Below are positions 10,510 to 21,289 of a stretch of 64,000 nt of DNA, one piece after another; position 1 is the first letter of the stretch; each line of letters begins with the position of its first letter. The stretch comes from Macrostomum lignano. Lineage: Eukaryota. The position numbers and the translations under genes were made by a program. Under the pieces are notes generated by a model. It did no database searches. It was not told the DNA's origin and was given only the letters and a program-made list of their open reading frames with translations. The DNA lies in NCBI GenBank assembly GCA_002269645.1, contig NIVC01001049.1, forward strand, positions 1 to 64,000, given 5' to 3'.

Positions 10510-11073
10510 AATAACTGAGGCGGCGGATTCAACTGACTTTTCCTGATGATGCAAACACTTGATGGTAACTTACAGACCGTTGTATTTGATGGTCACAATC
10601 TCGAGATGTTTTCTCACAAAATATAATGTCTAAGGTGGAATTCCAAATAAGAAGCTCGTTCGATTTAAGTCACAAGGTGTTTCTAGTTGTTCGGGTGAAC
10701 CGAAGGTTCAGTCTATTGTGAAACGTGGATTGGGTGTTGGTTTGGCTTTAGTAAGTCGACTTATAAGTTTTGGTGTTTGGGTTGAGACCCTAACTGTGTC
10801 AATCAAAATAGTCAAACGAGGTAAGCTAGGAGAATGGCGAAGGAGAGGCAAGGGCGCGGAGAGGCGGAGCGAGCAGAAAAAAGGCGAGCTTCTTGCTTGG
10901 TTAACATGAGCTTTTATAGTACTTTTCAGTCTTGATCGCATTGGATGGTACATAACTGCTTTTCATTGGTTGAGGTTGGGGTCGTGTCCTCAGCTTTTGC
11001 TATTTGGAGCGCATTCATTGGTTAAAATACATTCAATCTGGATGGGAGCTTTCTAGAGCCAAAATGTATCACT
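10510..11073 (-). repeat. 5' LTR (~560 bp)
   Basis: AGTGA...ATT termini like errantivirus LTRs; two CCAAT boxes (~10965, ~11017) and TATAAAA (~10914-10920) on the minus strand; bounded by the PBS and by host exon sequence. Confidence 0.75.
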
Positions 11074-11535
11074 TCACATCCACCTGCGGTTGGGGAGTGC
11101 TTGGCATTGCAGCATGACTGTGTACACATCCACCTGCGGTTGGGGAGTGCTTGGCATTGCAGCATGATTGTGTACACATCCACCTGCGGTTGGGGAGTGC
11201 TTGGAATTGCAGCATGACTGTGCCAGATATGGAGCTGATTGTGCCAGATATGGAGCTGATTGTGCCAGATATGGAGCTGATTGTGCCAGATATGGAGCTG
11301 ATTGTGCCAGATATGGAGCTGATTGTGCCAGATATGGAGCTGATTGTGCCAGATATGGAGCTGATTGTGCCAGATATGGAGCTGATTGTGCCAGATATGG
11401 AGCTGACTGTGCCAGATATGGAGCTGACTGTGCCAGATATGGAGCTGACTGTGCCAGATATGGAGCTGACTGTGCCAGATATGGAGCTGACTGTGCCAGA
11501 TATGGAGCTGACTGTGCCAGATATGGAGCTGATTT
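11074..11535. repeat. 50-bp acceptor-containing repeat x3 followed by a 19-bp minisatellite (TGTGCCAGATATGGAGCTGA-like)
   Basis: Direct tandem periodicity visible. Confidence 0.9.
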
Positions 11536-14500
11536 GTACAAGAAAATCAGTCCCGGATCAAGGGTAAGCACCCCAAACAATTCCAACACAAACGAATCCG
11601 CAGGCGCCCCGATGAGTCATAGCTGAGTCAGCACCCAAAATAACTCAAACACAAATCCGCAGGCGCCCCCATGAGTCATAGCAGGGTCAGCACCCAAAGC
11701 AACTCCAGCACAAATCCGCAGGCGCCCCCCATGAGTCATAGCAGGGTCAGCACCCAAAACAACTACAGCACAAATCCGCAGGCGCCCCGATGAGTCATAG
11801 CTGGGTCAGCACCCAAAATAACTCAAACACAAATCCGCAGGCGCCCCCATGAGTCATAGCAGGGTCAGCACCCCAAACAACTCCAGCACAAATCCGCAGG
11901 CGCCCCGATGAGTCATAGCTGGGTCAGCACCCAAAATAACTCAAACACAAATCCGCAGGCGCACCGATGAGTCATAGCTGGGTCAGCACCCCAAATAACT
12001 CAAACACAAAGCCGCAGGCGCACCGATGAGTCATAGCTGCCGGTGAACAGCTCGGGCGGCATGTGGATCGGGGTGCCCACGATGCTGCCGCTCATCATGG
12101 CGTGCGGCTTGCAGAAGCCGAGGTCCGTCAGCTTGGCGCGGCTGCGCCTGTCCAGCAGCACGTTCTTCAGCTTGACGTCTCGGTGCACCAGGCCGCGGCT
12201 GTGCAGGAACCGGATGCCCTCCACCACGTCGCAGGCCACCTGCAGTCTGGAGGGGGAGGTGTGCGATGGCTGAGGATGGGATCATGATGGATCAGGGTGG
12301 GATCAGGGTGGTATCAGGGTGGTATCAGGGTGGGATCAGGGTGGGTAGCTGAGGATGGGATCAGAGTGAGATCAGGATGGGATCGGGGTGGCATTAGGGT
12401 GGGATTAGGATGGGATCAGGATGGGATCAGGGTGAGAGGCTGAGGATATGAACAAGGTGGGAGGCTGAATATGGGATCAGGGTGGTATCAGGATGGGATC
12501 AGGATGGGATCAGGATGGGATCAGGATGGGAGGCAAGCAGGCAGTATTGGCAATCGCGGGGACATGCGGGGCGGCAATCAACAGGTGCGGCACGGGCTGT
12601 CGGTGGCACTGCGGTGTCACCTGGCAGCGAAGCTGAGCGAGCCGAACTGAATGGCGCGGTGCAGGTCGCAGCCCATCAGCTCCGAGATGATGAGAATCTC
12701 CGGCGAGGCTGCGGCTGAGGCGCCGAGCACGCAGATCTCGGAGTCGGTGAGGCCGCCGTCGCCGCCGCCGACCCCGCCGCCGCCATAGGCATAGTTGGTG
12801 ACGACGCCCAGCACTGGGACGATGCGCTCGTGAGGCGGCAGCTGCCTGCGCAAATGCGAGGCACTGATTAGCAACTGGCGGCCTCCACTGGCTGAGTGAC
12901 TGGGTCAGACGTTCGTTTCTTAGAAAGACTTAATCTGTCTTAATTGCATATTTGTGCTAGCAGAAAGGTTAGTTTAAAGGTTTTATATCTCTGCAGTTAA
13001 TATCAAGCGTAAATAGAGCCTTCAAATATTTTCTAAGAAACATAAATTGAGCCTTCAAATATTTTTTAAGAAACGTAAATTGAACTGGCAAATATTTTCT
13101 AAGAAACGTTAATTCAGCCTTGAAATATTTTCTAAGAAACGTAAATTCAGCCTTGAAATATTTTCAAAGAAACGTAAATTCAGCCTTGAAATATTTTCTA
13201 AGAAACGTAAATTCAGCCTTGAAATATTTTCTAAGAAACTTAAATTGAGTTTTCAAGTATTTTTTTAGAAACGAAGCGTCTCGGCCCCTCAACCTCAGCC
13301 GCAACCAAACGAAACAGCCGCATCAAAGCAAGCAATTTATTTATTGCTCCCGAGGATTTTCCCATTTAAACCCCGTTACTCGCTACTGATATTGCCAGCC
13401 AATCAGTAGGCTGGTTGGGACATGCAAATCTGTCCGGCTCGGGGCCGCCACCTGTCAGTCCAGGCCAGGCCCCGGCCCAGGGCCACGTGCAGGTCGCGGG
13501 GCAGGCGGGCCATCGCCAGCAGCACCGCCGGCTCCGCCAGCCGCCTGTCGATGGCGCAGCCGAGGATGCGCGCGACTCTGGCGTGCTCAGGCAGCTGCCT
13601 TGGGGTGGCCGGGCGGCGTGTCGGGGACGAAGGGGATCATAAATTGTGCGATGGGGCGCGGAATCTGACTTCTTGGGGCATTCATCCGCATTTAGCACAA
13701 AATGACAATTCTACTGCGAGAAAAGAATGAAATAAATAATTATGATAATTCACGGTTACCCCGGCTGTGTAGCGGATAATCTGGAACACTACTATATGAA
13801 ATACTGTATAGACTGCAGTCACATGAGGTCACACAGAGTCACAAGAGCTCACAAAAAGTCACCGAAGCTCACACAAAGCCACATAAGCTAACATAGAGTC
13901 ACAGAAGCTCACACAGAGTCACACGAGCTCACTGGGTGTAATAGAACTCCAATGCCAGGTCATTCCAGTGCTTGTCATCCGGAGGCACCACCGACTTGAT
14001 GGCCACGGGGCTGCGGCCGCCCCAGGAGTCGCAGCTGTACACAATGCCGTACTGGCCGCGCCCGATCTCGCGGGAGAACTGCGGCATGCCTGAGGGGAAG
14101 AAGGGGTTCGATTTCGGCATGTGTTACTAAGGCCCAGCTCACCATAGAGTCATGTCCCAGCTCACCATAGAGTCATGTCCCAGCTCACCATAGAGAGTCA
14201 TGTCCCAGCTCACCATAGAGAGTCATGTCCCAGCTCACCATAGAGAGTCATGTCCCAGCTCACCATAGAGAGTCATGTCCCAGCTCACCATAGAGAGTCA
14301 TGTCCCAGCTCACCATAGAGAGTCATGTCCCAGCTCACCATAGAGAGTCATGTCCCAGTTCACCATAGAGTCATGTCCCAGCTCACCATAGAGAGTCATG
14401 TCCCAGCTCACCATAGAGAGTCATGTCTCAGCTCACCATAGAGAGTCATGTCCCGGACAGAGGCGGACTCCAGCGCCAGGCGGGCGATGCGGGGCGCGTG

Positions 14501-17500
14501 GCGGCAGCGGATCCGGTCGCGCTGCTCTTCGCACGCGCGGGTCCGGGCGGATTTTTGCTCCTCGAGCCGCCGCATGGCAACCAGGAAGGCCTCGTGCGCG
14601 GCCCGGATGCGCTCGGACAGGTGGGCGCACATGTGCCGGGCCAGGCGCTGGTCGGACAGCCCGTCCAGCATGTCCGAAGCCACGCGGCGGCGCCAGCTTG
14701 CGTCCAGCTTGGGCGCCGATGCCCACGGCAGGGAGCCGGCCAGCTGAAGGGGCAGATCAGGAGCCAGTCAGGACAGACACAGCCAGTCAGGAGATAGACA
14801 GTCAGAACAGACACAGACAGTCAGGACAGACACAGTCAGTCAGGACAGACACAGACAGTCAGGACAGACACAGTCAGTCAGGACAGACACAGACAGTCAG
14901 GACAGACACAGCCAGTCAGGACAGACACAGCCAGTCAGGACAGACACAGTCAGTCAGGACAGACACAGACAGTCAGGACAGACACAGTCAGTCAGGACAG
15001 ACACAGACAGTCAGGACAGACACAGCCAGTCAGGACAGACACAGCCAGTCAGGACAGACACAGCCAGTCAGGACAGACACAGCCAGTCAGGACAGACACA
15101 GCCAGTCAGGACAGACACAGCCAGTCAGGACAGACACAGCCAGTCAGGACAGACACAGCCAGTCAGGACAGACACAGCCAGTCAGGACAGACACAGCCAG
15201 TCAGGACAGACACAGCCAGTCAGGACAGACACAGCCAGTCAGGACAGACACAGCCAGTCAGGACAGACACAGCGAAGGTCGGCAGGCGGTCTCGCCCTCA
15301 GAGCTGCTCACCTCCCTGAGCAGGTCTCTAAACGAGCGCGCATAGGAGGACCCGGAGCGCGCCGTGACCTCCACCTGGTAGGCTGCGCTGATGATTCGCC
15401 GCAGGGCCTCCGTGGCGCTGCAGTCGCCGCAGCCGTCGCCGTCCTCGAGGCCCTCGAGACAGCGGGTCAGCGTGCCCGCGTAGGCGTCCCTGAAGAGGCT
15501 GACGGAGCGGACCAGCTGCTCGCCGATAGCCACCCCGAGCCGGGACATCACCAGCTCCCGGATCTCGAATTCGCACCGCCGGCAGTCGCCTTCTGAGCCA
15601 CCGCCTGCGAACTGGTGCTCGGCCGCCGCGGTCAGCAGGCTCTCCCGCATCCCCGACAGGGTGGCCGCCACCAGCTGCCGCATCTCCTCCTGCTTGCTGT
15701 CTGCCACCTCGCACAGCGAGTCGAACAGCTGCTGCTCCTGCCGCTGGGCGAACTGAATCTTGCGGGGCGTCACCATCAGGTCGCTATGGGTCGGGGCGGG
15801 TTCGGTGGGTCATGAGCTGCGAGTTGGTGCGTCAGGAACAGCGAGTCAGTGGGTCAGGAACAGCCGGTCAGTGGGTCAAGAACAGAGTTCATTGGGTCAG
15901 GAACAGCGACTCAGTGGGTCAGGAACAGCCGGTTAGTGGGTCAATAACAAGGATTATTGGGTCAAGATCAGCGAGTCAGTGGGTCAGGAACAGCCGGTCA
16001 GTGGGTCAAGAACAGGGTTCATTGGGTCAGGAACAGCGAATCAGTGGGTCAGGAACAGCGAATCAGTGGGTCAGGAACAGCGAATCAGTGGGTCAGGAAC
16101 AGCCGGTCAGTGGGTCAGGAACAGCCGGTCAGTGGGTCAAGAACAGGGTTCATTGGGTCAGTAACAGCAAGTTAGTGGGTCAGGAACAGCGAGCCAGTGG
16201 GTCAGGAACAGCGGGTCAGTAGGGTTAGGAGCATCAGCCGGGCTCGCACCGTGACAGGTCAAAGGCCAGCAGGATGAAGTTGTTGAGGGCGGCGCAGTGG
16301 GCCTGGTTCAGCAGGACGGCCGCCCGCACCAGAATCCGCTGCAGGGCCCGCCGAACGAAGGCAACAAGTCGCGGCCAGCCCGCCTGGAAGTCGTCCAGCA
16401 GCTCGGAGGTCGCCGAGGTGCCCAAGGCCGCCGTCGCCGCCTCCTCCTTGGCTTCGGCGGTGTCAGGGAGGCCAAGCTCCCGCAGCTGGCAGCGCAGCCG
16501 CTCGGCCAACTGGGGATTCGCCGACTCTGCAGGCGGTGGCGGCGGCCGCGCGATCAGGACTGCGGAGGGAGCCGCCGCGGTCGACAGCAGCTGCTGGAGG
16601 TCGCGCGCCTCGGCGGGCGTCAGGCAGCGCTCGCGCGGCAGGGCGCAGAGGCAAATCAGCGGCGGCGCGGCGGCTGTGAAGTCTCCGTCGCCGGCCACCA
16701 GCAGTTCGGCGCCGTCCCGCAGCAGCGGGTGATTAAGCGGCACCTCCAGCACCACGGCGGTAGAGTCGCCGCAGTCGGGCGACAGGCGAAGGTCGGCCTC
16801 GTCAAGCGCCGCAGCGGTGGCGGCGGTCGGCGAGGCGGCAGAGAAGCGGAGCCGCACGGGGCGCCAGGCGGGGCCGTCCGCGTCGTCTGGACAGGCGGTT
16901 GGCGGGGCGGATTGTGAATTAAACTCGGCAATCTCCCAGAGCCTTTGCACATCCCAAACTGCAGCTCAAAACTTTTAAAAATGCGCTGTCAGTGGCAGGC
17001 AAACTTTCAAATTTTCAAACGTGAGGAACATACAGAAAGATTTTGGAAGCAAAGATTACGACTACCACCCAGTAAATGCTCATATGCATTATGAAACTAG
17101 GATGCTGCTATTAAAACCGAGTAATCAAAGGCCAGCAGTTCGAACCTTCATTTGCCGATGTCCCCGAAGGCAGGAGGCAGCAGTGCAGCAGGTGATTGGC
17201 CAGATGGTTGCGGGCACAACGGCTCTGGCCAAACACGAGTAGCGTGGGTGGCTGGTGCAGCAGCTGCTGCAGTTCAGCCTCAACTGGTGGCTCTAGGCGA
17301 GCAAAAATCTCTCGAGGTGGCCGATCTAGACAAATTCAAACAAGACAGTTTGTGAAAATTGAATTAGCTCTTAATTTGATTCTGCCAATTGGATTCTGAT
17401 GACTATAGTGCTTTTTGAATCTTAAGCTTATATTAGAATTGTCTAATCTTATTTAGATGTGAAATTTTACTAAGAATAGTTAATTTAATAAAATTACTAA

Positions 17501-17938
17501 AATAAGTATTTTTATTAAATTTATGAAAATACTTAATTAAAACTAAGACACCTTATGATTTTCAGATGGTTCTTTATGAGTTTTTAAACTAACACTTTGG
17601 ATACTAAATAAAAATGTCCTAACATATGTCAATACTAAATATTTCCCAAACTTTTAATAAAACTGGCCAAGTAGTAACCTGTATTATAGGAAAAGCTGCA
17701 AAATATAGACCTAAGAGTGCTAACATATGAAATATACTTTACACTACAAAAATAGCTGAATGTAAAAGCTGTACCAGTACTCACCTGATACTAAAGCCCC
17801 AGATGATTCACTGTGCAGAAAATCAATAGAGCTTGAATTTGATGCATCCAAGAAAGCTGTCAATGTTTCTTTATAGATTCTGCGTAGTTGGTTAATGCAT
17901 GAATTAAATTTATAGAATTCAGCATTTAAAGATGCCAT
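11074..17938 (-). CDS. DSTYK: Dual serine/threonine and tyrosine protein kinase (DSTYK/RIPK5), multi-exon, interrupted by the LTR element
   Basis: Exons ~17938-17785, 17325-17146, 16958-16250, 15783-15312, 14743-14437, 14089-13933, 13598-13452 and/or 12845-12621, 12246-12024, and 11083 onward, with GT-AG junctions in compatible phases. Motifs: [72 protein letters not shown]. Confidence 0.95.
11570..12040. repeat. ~58-bp tandem repeat derived from the DSTYK exon end / intron start
   Basis: Unit CACAAATCCGCAGGCGCCCCGATGAGTCATAGCTGGGTCAGCACCC, ~8 copies. Confidence 0.9.
14135..14450. repeat. ~25-bp tandem repeat containing the splice donor TATG|GTGAG
   Basis: GTCCCAGCTCACCATAGAGAGTCAT, ~12 copies. 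Confidence 0.9.
14760..15270. repeat. 19-bp intronic minisatellite (GTCAGGACAGACACAGCCA)
   Basis: Tandem periodicity. Confidence 0.9.
15820..16220. repeat. Intronic minisatellite (CAGTGGGTCAGGAACAGC core)
   Basis: Tandem periodicity. Confidence 0.85.
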
Positions 17939-19119
17939 TGTTATGCTGTAAACTATTGATTATGTATAATTTATGCACACAAAAAATTACATCAACCAGA
18001 TTCATCAACTCGACAACAAGCAAAACAACTCAGACGTGCTGTCTTGCATCCACTCCATCAACAGTGAAAAACTCACTGTTTATAGTAGTTCACATATCAT
18101 AGCACACAACATCATAGTTCACATAGTGTAGTGTAAACTGAGGCCTGGGCAGTAATAGTGAATAAACTGGAATAAGACAGATGATAGTTCCTAGAAAAGC
18201 GAAGAAACAAAAATGGACTATTTTAAAACATCAAGCGTACGAAATTTTAAAGTAAAATACATTTTTAAATATTTAAAAATATAGTTATCTAAATAAAGCT
18301 CTCTGCATTGATTTTCACTTAAAAATAAAAACATTAATTGAATCTTTTGTTTTATTAGCCTAACTCCACTTATCTCAATGCGTCAATTTCGTTTTTAAAT
18401 ATTTTTTAGACTTCATTTTTGTATGTTTCTAATTTTTTTTTCATGCAACTGTTGGTAATGGTGTCTGCCTTGCAAATTAAAAGGTTTATTGATTATGTTT
18501 AAAAGTCCACATAGCTTGAGCTTTTGAATACTAGTGAGACAAATATAAGTCTTGTGAAGTTAAATCATGCATGCAACGAAGATTGGTTTAATTATTTTTG
18601 GCCTACTATTATGCTATCTTGGTTTTCCTGTGTGTAAGTTCATAAATCAAAATCAACATTTTTTAAATAAAAATTGATCAAATATGCCTAATTTTAGTAT
18701 ATGGGTTTTAAATTGCACTTTAGGCTAACATTTAGCACATGCTACACATTCTTGCTACACAAATAATGTAGCATTCTTATTTGCTAATGAGCAACCTGAT
18801 TATAAGTATTGACATTTCCTTACCCAAGTTTAGAAAAAGCAATTTATACATATTATATTGGATTTTGTAAAGACTTATAGATTGCATACCAATTTAATTG
18901 TAGCATTGCAATTGAAATTAAATTGTTCAATAATTTATTGCTTATTCACTTTTAGTTTTAATTATTTTGGAACAAAGCAGAAAATATATCAAATAAACTT
19001 AAAATTAAAAGTAAAGTATAGCAAAATACTAAAATTAGCAATTGGAAAGGGGGTCTAAAATTGGTTATATTTTAGGTTGATTTTGACTCTATGTATATAT
19101 TGAGGTTTCATATTTTGTA

Positions 19120-20110
19120 CAAGGGGTGTCCAAAAAGTAGTCATACTTTTAACCATAGCTCTCATTCTATAGCTTCCTGTGATTCAAAATTTTTTGAACT
19201 GATAGCAGCAAATCTCTTCTACAGACTGCTTTTGGAATTTTTAAAATTGATACCAGATTACAAAAGTTATACCTATAAAAGTAATAGTACTTGTTAACTC
19301 TACACAAATTATAGGCTAAGCTCTACAAGGTCCATGCCAAGTAAGCTTCGATGAATTGTTGATTTCAGCTTGTCCAACCTGTCAGCAATCTCTCAACTCT
19401 CTAATGGTCATTTGGGAGTCCTTGTCAAGAAGATCCAGAATAGTCCGCCAGTACATCAGGTTGATGAACATATGGCCATCCTGTCTGATGCTGATCTGCC
19501 AAGTCAGTCCTTCCCTCACTAAACTGTTCCATCCATTGATAAACTGTCATTTTGCTGACTGCAGAGGATCTGTGAGCAGAGCAAGGTTTTGCATAAATTT
19601 CTGAGGCACTATGGCTAATGTCCCAAAGAGTGAAGATAGTACTTTGCTGAGCAATAACTGAGTGCACATCCATGTGTGTTGTTGAGTATAGGCAATGAAA
19701 TCATGAACAATGGCAAAATGCAAGCTCCTCTGTTTGCAAATAAAGTAATGAATTTAATGCTTTATTTTTCTGCGCATGATCCCATCCATAGACAAATTTC
19801 ACTTAGTCACAATGAGCATCATTTTGTAATAGGGCCTTGGTATTACTTAAATAAGACATTTATCAATGCCTTCTTAATGAATGAGTACAGAACTCGACTA
19901 TTATAAATTTTGATATAGTTTTTGTAACTCTATGGTATAGATGCTGTTACTTTTGTGGGTATAACTTTTGTTCTCTAGTATTAATTTTTTAAATTCAAAA
20001 AGTAGTCCTTTAGAAGATTTTCCGCTATCAGTTCATAAAATTTTAAATCACATGAAGCTATAGAATGAGAGCTATGGTTAAAAGTATCACTACTTTTTGG
20101 ACACCTCTCA
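19120..20110 (-). mobile_element. Internally deleted mariner (Tc1/mariner) element with ~190-bp TIRs
   Basis: Inverted repeats starting CAAGGGGTGTCCAAAAAGTAG / ending CTACTTTTTGGACACCTCTCA, flanked by TA. Relic transposase HTH in ORF 19425..19673 (VSKMTVYQWMEQFSEGRTDLADQHQTGWP). Confidence 0.88.
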
Positions 20111-20395
20111 TATTCTAGAAATATATAGGCCTACCACAAGCAAGCAAGCAAACCATTTTTTCATTTTTAGTATAACTGGTTGAAGAAAATCGGCCAAGAA
20201 TTGAAATCTCTAGAGCATTATGGATATACAAACCTTAGAGATTTAGTATATTTAGATTTTTTCATTTTTAGTATAACTGATGATATCACAATCTGGCAAA
20301 ATACTATAAATTGTAAATTGTTAAAAGATCAAGTATTTCCTTAAAATTAACGACTTTGTTCTGCAAAGGAAATTTTAAGCTATGTTACTTTTGAG

Positions 20396-20578
20396 CAGGG
20401 GCATAGCCAGGAATTTCCTATGTGGGGATGCACCAAGGTGAATTTTCTATGGGGGGATGCACCAAGGTCAAAGTGCTATGACAGTCACATGGTAGCATGT
20501 ATAGCAACAAAGGGCAACAAAAAAGTTTTGGTCTTTGGGGGGGATACATCCCCCCATCCCTCCTTCCCTATGCCCTTG
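20396..20578. mobile_element. hAT-type MITE
   Basis: TIR CAGGGGCATAG / CTATGCCCTTG with a perfect 8-bp TSD CTTTTGAG (20388-20395 and 20579-20586). Confidence 0.85.
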
Positions 20579-21289
20579 CTTTTGAGCCAAACAAAATCTT
20601 GCTAATGCTAATTAACTTATGCTATCTAAGAAGAAGTTATATCAAAATATAATACTTAATGACATTGTGTGTAATTAAAAATTAAAATAATATTTTACTT
20701 TTTACTTTTTTAGTATATTCATGTGTATATATTACCATGAACTTAAATATAGGTCTAAGTATATATAGTACCAAAGTATGTATCTACCTATAGCATATAT
20801 CCTAAGATTTGTCTATCTGTTTGTATACAATTTAAGTCTTAATTCTAAGTATAATTTTTGACTTAATGTCTTAATTTAATTGCTACTATGCTGAGATTAT
20901 AAAAATTGCATCAAATTAGAAAAAAATTGTTCTTTGTTATTGAATATTCTTAAATCTTAAAAATTTATTGTCTTTATAAAACCTTAAGTTAATTAATTTT
21001 TGTGTTTTTAACTAATGTTGGTCTTATTGATATAAAACTTTCCTAATAGAAAACCTTAAGCTTATTCAAAAGTTTCTTTTCAAAATGTAAATGAAATTGT
21101 AACAATAGTAAAAATTGCACAAAACTGTCAATTTATAAATTTTGTCTGTTTCCTACCATCAATCAAGCAAAATTTTGGCTTCAATAACTTTACTTTTTAT
21201 CCATTCAGACCATGCCATGGGACAGTTTAGACTATAATTGCAGATAAATTCTTTTGCTCATACTGCTCACACTGTGCATTGATTCTTAG

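Larger units (their letters stand above)
1..11073 (-). mobile_element. Ty3/gypsy-type LTR retrotransposon / endogenous retrovirus-like element (5' part; RNaseH, integrase and 3' LTR lie off-window)
   Basis: Order on the minus strand is LTR (AGTGA...GTTATT), TGG-starting PBS, long leader, gag with two CX2CX4HX4C knuckles, env-like region, aspartic protease LIDSGAS, then RT motifs RLVTDYRKLN, DLADAFYQ, LPQGLKSSP and AYLDDV. Confidence 0.93.

Noticed and set aside
10540-10600. Hammerhead ribozyme core (CTGATGA)
   Set aside because: No GAAA/stem II geometry, and the homologous copy at ~63713 reads CTGGTGA.
11074-11626. ORFs with APYLAQS / VPDMEL / ARYGADC repeats
   Set aside because: Translations of a 19-bp-type intronic minisatellite; not genes.
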